This document shows, piece by piece, positions 40,887-51,091 of a DNA stretch of 64,000 bases. How positions within the stretch are numbered: position 1 is the first letter of the stretch; each line of letters opens with the position of its first letter. Made by a program: the position numbers and the translations under genes. Under the pieces are notes generated by a model. The model was not told the DNA's origin, ran no database searches, and saw only the letters and a program-made list of their open reading frames with translations. The stretch spans positions 2,374 to 66,373 of the forward strand of contig JAYQSB010000009.1 in NCBI GenBank assembly GCA_038146705.1. The letters run 5' to 3'. The DNA comes from Candidatus Poseidoniales archaeon. GTDB lineage: Archaea; Thermoplasmatota; Poseidoniia; Poseidoniales; Poseidoniaceae.

Positions 40887-42074
40887 TTGATTGGTGAGCC
40901 TTTGAACTACGGAGAAACCGATGAACAGCAAATGATTCGTGAGATGGTGAGAGATTTTGCTGAATCCGTGCTTGTTGAAACAATAGAAGAACGTGATAAG
41001 AATCAAATTCCTCCATCGAAAGAATGGCAATCGTTTCTTGAATTGGGCCTTCAAGGTATCACAATCCCGGAAGAGTATGGCGGAATGCCAATCGATGATA
41101 TTTCTGAAGCAATCATTGTAGAGGAACTGGCTCGTGTCGACCCTTCCTTCGCAGTGATGTATTGCGTTCATGTTGGTCTTTGTTCAATGACCATTGCACT
41201 TCATGGGAACGATGAACAAAAAGCAGCGTATCTCCCTCGACTTGCTGCTGGGGAAGTCGGTGCTTACTCACTTTCCGAAGCAGGTGCAGGAACAGATGCA
41301 GCAGCAATGTCCTGCAAAGCCGAACTATCCGAGGATGGCACACATTACATTTTGAACGGCGAAAAAATGTGGGTTACGAACGGCGTTCAGGCTGAAATTT
41401 TGGTGTTGTTTGCTAAAGACATCAATCATCCAGACTACGGTGTCAAAAAGCATGGAGGGACGACAGCATTCATTGTCGAATCCTCGTTTGAAGGTTTTAG
41501 TGTCGGAAAGAAAGAGGATAAACTCGGCATTCGTTCATCAGACACATGTACCCTTGTACTCCAAAATTGTAAAGTCCCAGTTGATAATGTGCTAAAGGGC
41601 TCTGGAAACGGCTTCCCAATCGCAATGAATGCTTTGGATAACAGCCGAATTGGCATCGCAGCACAAGCTTTGGGTATTAGTCAAGGTGCCTATGAGGCGG
41701 CATTGCAATATTCGAAAGAAAGAGAAGCGTTTGGAAAACCGATAGGTCACCACCAGATGATTATGGCGTATCTTGCAGACATGGCAACTCGAATTGAGGC
41801 AGCACGTCATCTTGTCTACAAGGCGGCGTGGACGAAGCAACAGCACTACGAAGACGGGGGGCCACGCCATTCGATGGAAGCCAGTATGGCAAAATTGTTC
41901 GCAGGTGATACAGCGATGTGGGTTTCCGAACGAGCAATTCAAGTTCTCGGCGGATATGGGTATACCAAAGAATTCCCCGTTGAACGATTCTTCAGAGATG
42001 CAAAAATCACCCAAATTTATGAGGGTACGCAAGAAGTCCAACGCATTGTTATCAGCCGAGGAATTAGCAATTGA
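40887..42074 (+). CDS. Acyl-CoA dehydrogenase
   Basis: YSLSEAGAGTD, LNGEKMWVTN, KLGIRSSDT, RIGIAAQALG, RDAKITQIYEGT. Confidence 0.95.
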   Translation: MIGEPLNYGETDEQQMIREMVRDFAESVLVETIEERDKNQIPPSKEWQSFLELGLQGITIPEEYGGMPIDDISEAIIVEELARVDPSFAVMYCVHVGLCSMTIALHGNDEQKAAYLPRLAAGEVGAYSLSEAGAGTDAAAMSCKAELSEDGTHYILNGEKMWVTNGVQAEILVLFAKDINHPDYGVKKHGGTTAFIVESSFEGFSVGKKEDKLGIRSSDTCTLVLQNCKVPVDNVLKGSGNGFPIAMNALDNSRIGIAAQALGISQGAYEAALQYSKEREAFGKPIGHHQMIMAYLADMATRIEAARHLVYKAAWTKQQHYEDGGPRHSMEASMAKLFAGDTAMWVSERAIQVLGGYGYTKEFPVERFFRDAKITQIYEGTQEVQRIVISRGISN

Positions 42075-42078
42075 TTGC

Positions 42079-43185
42079 CTAGATTTTCTTCATAATCAAC
42101 CTATTTCTTGCAAGTGACCAAGCAATAGGCGTGCATGTTACCTCGATCGTTTTGTTCATTGGGATGATATCAGATTGCTCGATAGGGAATTGGATCTCCA
42201 CTTCGTGTTGCTCATCCAATTCGAAACCAACGAGCGATGTTCCTCCTTTGTAGCCTTTTTCTGAAAGAAGTGTTGTTTGTTGAGATACTGGAGTGAATTG
42301 AAACGTAAATTGAACATGTTTTGATTCAATTTTCTCTGCATAGTCTCTTGATAATCGACATTTCTCCAAACTGTGAAGAAATTCAAGTAAATTTGTTGCA
42401 ACAACTTGACGAGGTTCTGCTTCATCTTCCTCTAAGACTTCAGGTTCTTGTTCATCTTTGTTTGGGGGTTCATATTGTTCAATGTCTAATGTAACTGCGT
42501 CTAGCAACTTTGATTGAGATGAGTTATTTTCGAAAAGTCGAAGTGAATACTTTCCGGTTTGAAAGACATTTTCAATCTCAACATCGATGATATCGGTTGA
42601 CATTTTTTCATTGAAGTAGAATTTAGAATTCTCATAAAGAGTATCGCTTTGGATGTCAAAAAAGCCAATCCAGGCATCATTTTGATATGGTGGAAGGAGC
42701 AATCGAACGATGATGATTGATCCATCTTCGTTCAATTTAGCATCGAGGTGAATTTCCGGCTCTTCGACAGTTTCTTCTTCAATTTCCTCAACAATTGGTT
42801 CTTCTTTCTTGAGAAATGAATCGGGGGGTGATATTCCTAAGGTGGTTAGATATGCATAATATTCAGTTAACATGATGCCTTCACTCGTGTCCTTTCCCAT
42901 GAACTTAAACAGGAGTTCGCTGACCCAAGGAGGTGGATTTTCGTTTGTCAATTTGAAAATAAGATTGTTAAGTTCGCCTACACTAATGACATTGTCTTTG
43001 TTTTCGTCTGCTTCGTAAATGAGCGTGGTCGGGTCATAGGTGCCGTTGAGAATATTGTCACGAAAATTTTGTTGGAGCAACCCCGCCATTCGGTTGGAAG
43101 AAGAAATTGCCTCAATTCGCTGCGTCGTTTGTTGGACTTGCTGTTCAAAGACTTCTTGGAGATTCACACTAGGTACTGCACTCAT
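42079..43185 (-). CDS. Hypothetical protein with canonical EF-hand
   Basis: DENKDNVISVGE loop; acidic linkers; beta-rich middle and C-terminal domains. Confidence 0.6.
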   Translation of the reverse strand: MSAVPSVNLQEVFEQQVQQTTQRIEAISSSNRMAGLLQQNFRDNILNGTYDPTTLIYEADENKDNVISVGELNNLIFKLTNENPPPWVSELLFKFMGKDTSEGIMLTEYYAYLTTLGISPPDSFLKKEEPIVEEIEEETVEEPEIHLDAKLNEDGSIIIVRLLLPPYQNDAWIGFFDIQSDTLYENSKFYFNEKMSTDIIDVEIENVFQTGKYSLRLFENNSSQSKLLDAVTLDIEQYEPPNKDEQEPEVLEEDEAEPRQVVATNLLEFLHSLEKCRLSRDYAEKIESKHVQFTFQFTPVSQQTTLLSEKGYKGGTSLVGFELDEQHEVEIQFPIEQSDIIPMNKTIEVTCTPIAWSLARNRLIMKKI

Positions 43186-43249
43186 GACACTCGGTTTGAT
43201 GCTAATGAACTGAATTCAAAAGTTTTAGGGAAAACTGCAGAAAGTCGCA

Positions 43250-44593
43250 TCACTCTGAAATTTGAATTTCCAACCGTGGAATTTCATCAACCTCAATGTA
43301 TGCCCAATCGATTTGTGCCAGTTCAATCATCATATCTTCTTTTGTTAGGATTGCTTTTTCAATTTGTATTCGATGCATCCATTCCTTTATCCTTCCCAAT
43401 TTGATTCCTTCAGAAATTCCAGTCGATTGCATAATATCTTGTCCGTTAAGAATCGATGTAGTCGAATCAATCAATGAAAGATCATTTGATAATTTTTGCA
43501 CTTCTTCTGCATCCTTAATTGAGATGTATCTTGTCTTGTGGACATGAATTTTGTTGCGAGCTAAATACCCATGAAGTTGAATAAAGTCTTCCATTGTGTT
43601 TTGGGTAAAATAATGAAAAATTCGAATCGAGGATTTCGATGGCATTGGCAGTTTTGCAAGGATTGAATGAAATTGAAGGATTTCTTTTTTCTCCTTGTTT
43701 GAGGCCTTCAGCCAAGTGAGGTGCTGATTCAATATATTTGGTTCGGCTTCAGCCCAAAGAAGTCCAAATTTTTGATGAACATTCAGTGTTGTTGAAACTG
43801 TAGAGATGCAGTCGATGATCTTCTGAGTCGGTGTACTCGATGAAGGAAAGATTTGGGTGAAGACACCCGAATCAATCATTAGATGTAGAATTGTGTGGCA
43901 CATATCTTTGTCGAGTATACGTTTTATTTCACTCCATATTCTTTCGACCGATAAATTGTGAACTTGAGGTGCGGTTGATTTTACGGCGGTGAGTAAATCT
44001 AGATCCATTTGAAACATGACACCCGGGCTAGGGGATAGAAAACGGAATGCACGTAATACGCGTAAGACATCTTCGTTACACCGTTGAAAAGGGTCACCAA
44101 CACCCTTCAAGAGTCCTCGTTGAGCATCATATTTCCCATGAAAAGGGTCGTACAACATGCCTAACCCAATATCGATTGCCATTGCATTTATTGTGAAATC
44201 TCGACGTTCTAAATCCGTCAAGAGCGACTTGCCCCAGGTGACATCGACAGGATGACGTTGATCTTCATATATTCCGTCTGTGCGGAGGGTCGTGATTTCA
44301 ATCACTATTTCGCCCTTCAGTGTTACAGTCCCAAAATCAATACCAGTTGGAACGGCTCTCTCGCCAAAGAGTTCTATAGTTTGTTCAGGCGTAGAAGTGG
44401 TTGCGATATCATAATCTGTGGTTTTGTTTTTTAGGAACAAATCACGCACGCATCCGCCCACCAACCATGCTCCATGTCCTTCCAATTGTAATGTTTCAAG
44501 TGTACTTCGTACATGTTGAGGTATGTCTTGAATTGCTTGTTTCAATTCATCATTGAGAGTCTCGCCTTGAATATCAGCATGAATCCATGTCAA
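43250..44593 (-). CDS. cca: Class II tRNA nucleotidyltransferase (CCA-adding/poly(A) polymerase family)
   Basis: LVGGCVRD, DYDIAT, TTLR, RRDFTINAMA, EDVLRVLRAFRF, SVERIWSEI. TTG start uncertain. Confidence 0.85.
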   Translation of the reverse strand: MTWIHADIQGETLNDELKQAIQDIPQHVRSTLETLQLEGHGAWLVGGCVRDLFLKNKTTDYDIATTSTPEQTIELFGERAVPTGIDFGTVTLKGEIVIEITTLRTDGIYEDQRHPVDVTWGKSLLTDLERRDFTINAMAIDIGLGMLYDPFHGKYDAQRGLLKGVGDPFQRCNEDVLRVLRAFRFLSPSPGVMFQMDLDLLTAVKSTAPQVHNLSVERIWSEIKRILDKDMCHTILHLMIDSGVFTQIFPSSSTPTQKIIDCISTVSTTLNVHQKFGLLWAEAEPNILNQHLTWLKASNKEKKEILQFHSILAKLPMPSKSSIRIFHYFTQNTMEDFIQLHGYLARNKIHVHKTRYISIKDAEEVQKLSNDLSLIDSTTSILNGQDIMQSTGISEGIKLGRIKEWMHRIQIEKAILTKEDMMIELAQIDWAYIEVDEIPRLEIQISE

Positions 44594-44665
44594 TGCACCA
44601 CCTCCCTCACACTTCTGTCAACAACAATAGAAAATGAATTATGCGGTCTTGTCTTCGGGCAGACC

Positions 44666-45079
44666 ATGGATTATGATGGGGAGGATGTTTCACTCGTACC
44701 TATTGAATGGCTCAAGCCCCATGAGGAGATTAAAGAGAAAAATTGCCAATCATTGTTGATGATGACAAAAAAATGGGGAGGATATACCAAACCCCTCATC
44801 GTTGACAAAGTGACTGGGGCTATATTGGATGGGCATCATCGATATAATGTCGGATTACGACTTGAACTTCAATTACTTCCAGCATTGTGCGTCGATTATC
44901 TGACAGATTCAAGAATTCGTGTTGAGACATGGCAAGCGAGTACCTATGAAGAGATCACAAAGCAACAAGTCATCGAAATGTCGTTGTCTGGTGATGTTTT
45001 TCCAGCAAAAACCAGCAAACATACACTTGAATTCGATATCCCTCCAATTTTTGTTCCTCTCGAACAACTTCAAGATTGA
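44666..45079 (+). CDS. ParB/Sulfiredoxin-fold protein, SerK/SbnI-like
   Basis: LVPIEWLKPHEE, PLIVD, ILDGHHR, FPAKTSKH. Confidence 0.65.
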   Translation: MDYDGEDVSLVPIEWLKPHEEIKEKNCQSLLMMTKKWGGYTKPLIVDKVTGAILDGHHRYNVGLRLELQLLPALCVDYLTDSRIRVETWQASTYEEITKQQVIEMSLSGDVFPAKTSKHTLEFDIPPIFVPLEQLQD

Positions 45080-46869
45080 CGTGAGGACAGATATCTACTC
45101 CAATGTTCATTCTTTTTTCCTTCAATAGTCCACGTTGATGGCGGTTGAGGAGGCAGGTGCAGTTGAATTTCTTTTGTGACACCCTCCGAAGCAAAAAGTA
45201 GGTTGACTTCAGAATTCGCCTTGCCATGTAACGCAGCGTCAATCGCTTTCATCGACGATGTTCGCAATGAATCAATGGCTAAGATTTCATCACCGACTTT
45301 GAGATGGAGTCGTAACGGTGAATCCTTTAGAAACCTTAGAATCTCTATGCTGTGGCATTTTTGAGTTAATGCTGTGCCCAACCAAGCATTTTCCACCTTT
45401 GCTTCTTCTTTGTGGACGATGTTTCTTCCAAAATATCGTAATGCTTTTTTGAGAGGCAAGGGTCCTTTGTTTTTGACAATTTGACGAACAAATCTGCCCA
45501 TATTTTGACCCCCTTCCATCGATTGAATCGTTTTCACGATATCATTTAGGTCAATGCCTTGACCATCTGAATTTGGATAATCTAACGCATGTTGCTCACA
45601 TAGTTTTTTCAAAAGGAGTCCAACGGTCGATTTTCCTTTCGATCTTCGTTGTAATTCAGCATCAATACACAATATTGCTAATTCGCCTTCAAGATAGTAT
45701 GATATTTGGCGCTCTCTTGAGTAAGGTCCGCTTCTATAGAGGTGTATCCAAGCATCGTGGCTTGATTCTTCAAGAGATTCATAATCAAGCCCGTTCAAGC
45801 TATAATGCCGTTTTAATTTCTTTTCAAATTCTGCAATCCAGTCTGTCTCATTCCAAGCACCAGACCGAACGCATTGCATGTCCCCAATCCACGATGTGCA
45901 TCCTTCAAACCACCACAATAAATTCGAATGTCCTTCAGTTTGCAAATTATAATCATGGAAGGATTTGGGCCTTAACCGCTTCACATTCCATTGATGCACA
46001 TATTCATGAGAAAATAGACTTAACAAATCTCGATATATGTCATCATTGCCTGGAAGTAAGCATTGACGTGGCATCATTGAGGTTTGAGAGTTGAGGTGTT
46101 CCAAGCCTCCTCGATTGGTTTGTGTGAGGTGGAGGACTGTCAGGTAATCGCCCCAGTTTTGAATACCAAATAAGGCATGATACTCTTTGACAATTCGTTC
46201 GCAATCATCGAGAAATTTAGCGATCATTTCATCATTTAATTTGTAGTCTCCACTGTCCCAAAACTTGAACAGATGCGTCCGCCCATCAATCGTTCTCGAT
46301 ATTGTGGGGTTGCTGTTTGCTTCCATGATTGAATCGAGGAAAATATCTCTATTTCTTGCAGAGTAGTTCCAATGTTTCATTCCATTCTTGACCTTAGCAT
46401 CTAAAAATGTCAGCTGAGTTGCAGGCTCCCATGCTTCGGGAAGTATGTATTCAATACCTTGCTCTAAATCAAGCCGCTCCAGTGCAATACCTTTGACCGG
46501 TAAGAACCAAGTATAAGGAGGCATAAGATGAAGGTGCGTAGCATCGAGATGATTTGAACGCACACTCAATTCTAAACAGAAGAGTTTGTATTCTATGTGT
46601 ACTGTTTTTTTGTTTTTTACATTGAAAATTTTGAGAGAATCAACACCCTTCCGCTCATGTTTCAGAGACGTTCCTTGTTCATCTCGGACGATGATATCAA
46701 AAACATGTTGAATAGGTTCTCGAAGAAAGTATGAGCCAGGCACCCAACGTGGAAAAGATAACAAGAGATTTGAACTGGTGAATGGAGATTCTACTCTGAT
46801 TCCAACGGTGAGGTGATGAGAGTTTGGCATCTCCGCTTTAATGTAAAAATTCAATCCAGAAGTAGTCAT
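45070..46869 (-). CDS. M61 glycyl-aminopeptidase family metallopeptidase with PDZ-like C-terminus
   Basis: FPRWVPGSY, GGLEH, HEYVHQWNVKRLRP, LWWFEG, ISYY..G, GDEILAID. Confidence 0.9.
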   Translation of the reverse strand: MTTSGLNFYIKAEMPNSHHLTVGIRVESPFTSSNLLLSFPRWVPGSYFLREPIQHVFDIIVRDEQGTSLKHERKGVDSLKIFNVKNKKTVHIEYKLFCLELSVRSNHLDATHLHLMPPYTWFLPVKGIALERLDLEQGIEYILPEAWEPATQLTFLDAKVKNGMKHWNYSARNRDIFLDSIMEANSNPTISRTIDGRTHLFKFWDSGDYKLNDEMIAKFLDDCERIVKEYHALFGIQNWGDYLTVLHLTQTNRGGLEHLNSQTSMMPRQCLLPGNDDIYRDLLSLFSHEYVHQWNVKRLRPKSFHDYNLQTEGHSNLLWWFEGCTSWIGDMQCVRSGAWNETDWIAEFEKKLKRHYSLNGLDYESLEESSHDAWIHLYRSGPYSRERQISYYLEGELAILCIDAELQRRSKGKSTVGLLLKKLCEQHALDYPNSDGQGIDLNDIVKTIQSMEGGQNMGRFVRQIVKNKGPLPLKKALRYFGRNIVHKEEAKVENAWLGTALTQKCHSIEILRFLKDSPLRLHLKVGDEILAIDSLRTSSMKAIDAALHGKANSEVNLLFASEGVTKEIQLHLPPQPPSTWTIEGKKNEHWSRYLSSRQS

Positions 46870-47073
46870 ACGCCCTCTTTTTTTCCTTTTTTTACGAACT
46901 TCAATATACATTGCGCAAAGAATAATTCATTTTCCAATCTAAACGTGCTGCCTATTGTGCATTACACTGACATAGAACGCTTTACACCTTTTCCTTTAGC
47001 ATAACAACCGAGAATGATATTACTCAAAAAAATCTTCGGAAATAATTCTAAACCGAAAATGTGACCAAGTTGC

Positions 47074-48603
47074 ATGACAACATATGTGATTGACTCAAAT
47101 TGTTTTATCCACATGGGGTCATTTGCAAAAGATGTGGTTGTTCAGTATATTTTGAGATCAACTTTACCCCTCAATGTTACATCGGGTGTGTTGGATGAAG
47201 TCCATACAGTAAAATTTCAGAGAATTGAAAAAAAACCACGTCTTCTCGAAGTTATCGGTGAGAAATTAACAGTTCATTCAATTGATGATGCTCAGATTAA
47301 GGCTCTCGCTACAAAAATAGGTGAACGAGCAGCACCACAAGATGTTGATGTATCCCTTCTCGTTTTGTCCTATCAATTGAAACAAAAAGGCGAAGAGGTT
47401 CTGCTCGTTACTGATGACTTCAAGTTAGCAAACGCAGGAACAAACCATCAACTTGTCTCAGAAGTTTGTCCGCCATCAACTTTTTTTGAACGACTTTACA
47501 GACTTGAATCAGGAAAAATAGCAAATGATATCAAGAAACTCGCATGGAAAATTCGTTCAGCAGAAATGAAGTATGCCATAAGCCGAAAAGAACAGTACAA
47601 CATTCAAGAAAAGTTGACTTGGCTTATTGAATCTCTCATCGACCAAGAAGTTCAAGAAAATGAATCTGAAGTCCAAGAGGTCAATATACCTCAACAATCT
47701 CCATCGATTCGAAAACTTGTTCAAAGTTTAGTGAAATTATCTCGCGGTGGAAAAATAAAAACAAGCATGAACGAACGAATTCAGCATCTTCTCCCAATAT
47801 GCGCAAATGTCACTGGTTTGCTAGATTCTATCGATTCCCTTTACAAATCAGATGATCTAACAAATCTCGATAACAAATTAGCGAAATTACAGAATGAAAC
47901 GAGACATGTATACGAGAATGTTGCTTATGGTTTGACCTCATTGAAAGGTGAAGACCTTGAAATCATTCAACAGTACACATTCAAAGCATTAACAAAGTCA
48001 TATCTTCTTCAAGGTATTTTGTTTCAAAATCAAGGTCAAGCAGACCAATCAAAAACAGCATTCTCAAAAGCATTATTCTACACAAGTCTACTTGACGATG
48101 ACGTTAACGAATCAAAAATATTGGTGTCACTTGCAACGATACACATCACAAAAGAAGACTATGGAAATGGTATGTCATGCATTCAAAAATCGATGAATTT
48201 AGGTACCGAAAACGATACAATGAGCATTCAACGACACATTTTGGTCGCAATTTGTCTTGAGTTTATTGGTAAATCAAACGAGGCTTTGGAAGCAATACGG
48301 CAAGCAGCAATGAAACTAAAGGAAAATCTTCGAGGTGGTGCTGAAGCTATCTCTGGTCTTGGAAAATCATTCTTAGCACTCAATGCCCCACACATAGCAG
48401 TTGAATTATTTGATGAAGCATTGGAATGTCACGCTCAGTTGGATTCGTGGCCAGAAGATGTATTCAGTTTGTACATGACTGCCCTTAACAGAAGTGAAGA
48501 TGCCAGCGGTAAACCCTCAATACGAAAACTCCTCGACAAAATACATCACCAATCGGATGAAGTCCAAACATTGATCGAAGAAAAAGTCAAAGAAAATTTA
48601 TGA
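47074..48603 (+). CDS. PIN-domain nuclease fused to TPR-like helical repeats
   Basis: YVIDSN, VLDEV, DVDVSLL, LVTDDFKL; C-terminal helical repeats (QGQADQSKTAFSKAL, GKSNEALEAIRQA, AVELFDEAL). Confidence 0.65.
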   Translation: MTTYVIDSNCFIHMGSFAKDVVVQYILRSTLPLNVTSGVLDEVHTVKFQRIEKKPRLLEVIGEKLTVHSIDDAQIKALATKIGERAAPQDVDVSLLVLSYQLKQKGEEVLLVTDDFKLANAGTNHQLVSEVCPPSTFFERLYRLESGKIANDIKKLAWKIRSAEMKYAISRKEQYNIQEKLTWLIESLIDQEVQENESEVQEVNIPQQSPSIRKLVQSLVKLSRGGKIKTSMNERIQHLLPICANVTGLLDSIDSLYKSDDLTNLDNKLAKLQNETRHVYENVAYGLTSLKGEDLEIIQQYTFKALTKSYLLQGILFQNQGQADQSKTAFSKALFYTSLLDDDVNESKILVSLATIHITKEDYGNGMSCIQKSMNLGTENDTMSIQRHILVAICLEFIGKSNEALEAIRQAAMKLKENLRGGAEAISGLGKSFLALNAPHIAVELFDEALECHAQLDSWPEDVFSLYMTALNRSEDASGKPSIRKLLDKIHHQSDEVQTLIEEKVKENL

Positions 48604-49254
48604 TGATGCATCAAGAAATTTAATTTCCTCAAGTTTTCTTTGAAGTGTGTCTGGCATAGTTTTGAGTAAAGATTCAACGATGCGGTCACGTTCAACAGTG
48701 TAACCTAGTTTGTGGAGAGACGTCGTCGTCTGCGCATCGAGGCCACATCCTTGGACGTCCTCGACACGACCTTCTGGTGTATGGTAGTTGATTGTGAATC
48801 CATGACGGCTGACCCACCTAAGAAAGGATAACCCGATACTACAAATTTTGAACCCATCGACCCAAACCCCTTGCATACGGGAATCTCGAGACGCATCAAT
48901 GCCAAGGGCTTTGAGAGTATCAATAACCCATTGTTCAATTTTTGAAATAATATCTTGGACAGAGCGCTCATCGTCGAGTTCCCAAAGGAATATCGGGTAG
49001 ACAACCAGTTGGCCAGGGCCATGCCAGGTTAATCCTCCTCCTCTATCAACAACATGAGTGGCATAATCCTTTGGGGGATGCAGCCCTTCGTTTCTAGCCT
49101 TTGGTCCCACGGTGACGATTTCAGGATGTTCAAGGAAGAGCAAGACATCTCCAATTTCGTTTTCAATTCTCCTCGCTTGAAGTTCTCTCATGTATGCGTC
49201 CGCTTCAGTGTACGCCATCACTTGATGAATTTCGACTCGGACAGGATGCGTCAA
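48598..49254 (-). CDS. lipB: Octanoyltransferase LipB
   Basis: LEHP.IVTVG, DRGGGLTWHGPGQLVVYPI, KICSIG, HGFTIN, GCG. Confidence 0.9.
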   Translation of the reverse strand: MTHPVRVEIHQVMAYTEADAYMRELQARRIENEIGDVLLFLEHPEIVTVGPKARNEGLHPPKDYATHVVDRGGGLTWHGPGQLVVYPIFLWELDDERSVQDIISKIEQWVIDTLKALGIDASRDSRMQGVWVDGFKICSIGLSFLRWVSRHGFTINYHTPEGRVEDVQGCGLDAQTTTSLHKLGYTVERDRIVESLLKTMPDTLQRKLEEIKFLDASS

Positions 49255-49269
49255 TTTCTCCCCTCTTGG

Positions 49270-49722
49270 TTAAAATTGACCCGTTGATCCAAAACCACCG
49301 GTACCACGTGTTGTATCGCCCAAGTGTTCTTTTTCAACTTCAAACAATGTGACTTTAGGAACCTGTGCAAAAATCAATTGAGCAACCCTCTCTCCTTTTT
49401 CGATGGTCATCGTTTCACCATCGCCAATAAACGACGCTAGAACTTTCAACTCACCTCTGTAATCTGAATCAATTGTTCCAACTCCATTTGGAAGCATCAT
49501 GCCTCTCTTTCCTAGGGATGAGCGGCATCGAATTTGACCCTCCCAGCCAACAGGGATGGCAATTGCAAGGCCAGTGGGAATGAGCACTGTTGCATTTTTT
49601 CGCACCACAGTTTGTTCTAATGCGTACAAATCCCATCCGGCCGCTTCTTCTGAACCTTGGGTTGGCAGTATTGCCTCTTCATGCAACTTTGAAATTTGAA
49701 TGTGAAGTTCGTCGCGGCTCAT
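49270..49722 (-). CDS. dut: Trimeric dUTPase
   Basis: AAGWDL, RSSL, GTIDSDYRGELKV, GERVAQL, RGTGGFGSTG. Confidence 0.95.
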   Translation of the reverse strand: MSRDELHIQISKLHEEAILPTQGSEEAAGWDLYALEQTVVRKNATVLIPTGLAIAIPVGWEGQIRCRSSLGKRGMMLPNGVGTIDSDYRGELKVLASFIGDGETMTIEKGERVAQLIFAQVPKVTLFEVEKEHLGDTTRGTGGFGSTGQF

Positions 49723-49940
49723 GTGTGTCTCAAGTGCATTCCTCGATTGAACTTTTTGTCAAAGTAAATCGATACCCACTTGTCGAATTTCATTCAGAAC
49801 AAGCAATTTTCGAAGGAAAATGTTATTTTTTTAGACGAAAATAAAAACCAATTAAAAGTAAATTCTTTTTTGCAGTCTATTGATTCCTATCAAATGCAAG
49901 GGTTCAAAATCAGTCATATTTTATTCACACCATGTGCAAC

Positions 49941-49991
49941 AAATATAAACCCTATACGAGTGAATTACAAATCCGTGTCGGCGGGAGGTGA
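49941..49991 (+). promoter_or_regulatory. Candidate TATA box and SD for nrdBA
   Basis: AAATATAAAC at 49941-49950 in an AT-rich intergenic region; GGAGGTGA at 49984-49991. Confidence 0.35.
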
Positions 49992-49996
49992 AGAAT

Positions 49997-51034
49997 ATGG
50001 TCATGGACAAAGCATCATCGGATTCAAACATTGAGATTGACTTGTCACAAGAGCATATTGAGCCTATGCTGCAAGAGAATTTAGATCGCTTCGTTCTGTT
50101 TCCTATCCAGCATCACGATATTTGGAAAATGTACAAACAGGAACAAGCATCGTTTTGGACAGCTGAAGAAATAGACTTGGCCCAAGATAAGAAAGACTGG
50201 GAGAATTTGAATAACGACGAACGCCATTTTCTTAAACACGTCCTTGCATTTTTTGCAGCAAGTGACGGTATCGTGAACGAGAATCTTGTCATGAATTTCT
50301 CCAATGAAGTCTGTTGGCCTGAAGCACGTGCGTTTTATGGATTTCAGATTATGATGGAAAACATCCACGCAGAAACATATTCTCTGCTTATTGATACGTA
50401 CATTTCTGACGAAAAAGAAAAAGATCACTTGTTCAAAGCACTTGAAACAGTCCCATCGGTCCAAAAGAAAGGCGAGTGGGCACTACGATGGCTTTCGAGA
50501 AAGCGAGGCTCATTTGCAGAGCGACTCGTGGCATTCGCCGCAGTAGAGGGCATCTTCTTCTCGGGTTCATTCTGTGCAATCTTCTGGCTCAAAAAGAGAG
50601 GATTGATGCCAGGACTAACATTTTCAAACGAATTAATTTCAAGAGACGAAGGACTTCATTGCGATTTTGCCTGTTTGTTGCACAACAAACTCATCCGAGG
50701 CGCAGGTGAAAATGTGATTCGAAGAGTCATTGCTGAGGCTGTTGAAATTGAAATTGAATTCGTGACCACTGCATTACCGGTCAATCTCATCGGTATGAAT
50801 GCAGAGTTAATGAAACAATACATCGAGTTTGTTGCGGACCGATTGCTTGTTTCTCTGAATTGTTCGAAGATTTACAATTCGAGCAATCCGTTCCCATGGA
50901 TGGAAATGATTTCTATGCAGGGAAAAACCAACTTCTTCGAGAAGCGGGTCGCTGAATATCAGAAAGCTGGTGTTATGGACGGCGCATCTCTAGGAAGTGT
51001 ACAACAAAGGTTTTCTGTAGACGAAGACTTTTGA
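49997..51034 (+). CDS. nrdB: Class Ia ribonucleotide reductase beta subunit (eukaryote-like subgroup)
   Basis: [22 protein letters not shown] (radical Tyr), [27 protein letters not shown]. Confidence 0.97.
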   Translation: MVMDKASSDSNIEIDLSQEHIEPMLQENLDRFVLFPIQHHDIWKMYKQEQASFWTAEEIDLAQDKKDWENLNNDERHFLKHVLAFFAASDGIVNENLVMNFSNEVCWPEARAFYGFQIMMENIHAETYSLLIDTYISDEKEKDHLFKALETVPSVQKKGEWALRWLSRKRGSFAERLVAFAAVEGIFFSGSFCAIFWLKKRGLMPGLTFSNELISRDEGLHCDFACLLHNKLIRGAGENVIRRVIAEAVEIEIEFVTTALPVNLIGMNAELMKQYIEFVADRLLVSLNCSKIYNSSNPFPWMEMISMQGKTNFFEKRVAEYQKAGVMDGASLGSVQQRFSVDEDF

Positions 51035-51091
51035 ACTGTCCGCGCACGAAGAGCGTTGTTGCGCTCAACTTGAACAAGAAACGGTGATAAA

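Noticed and set aside
44666-45079. ParB chromosome-partition protein
   Set aside because: No HTH or dimerisation domain and no parA; the motifs match the SerK/SbnI-like branch.
49723-49996. NrdR boxes upstream of nrdB
   Set aside because: CACACCATGTG only loosely resembles the consensus, there is no tandem pair and no nrdR in the window.
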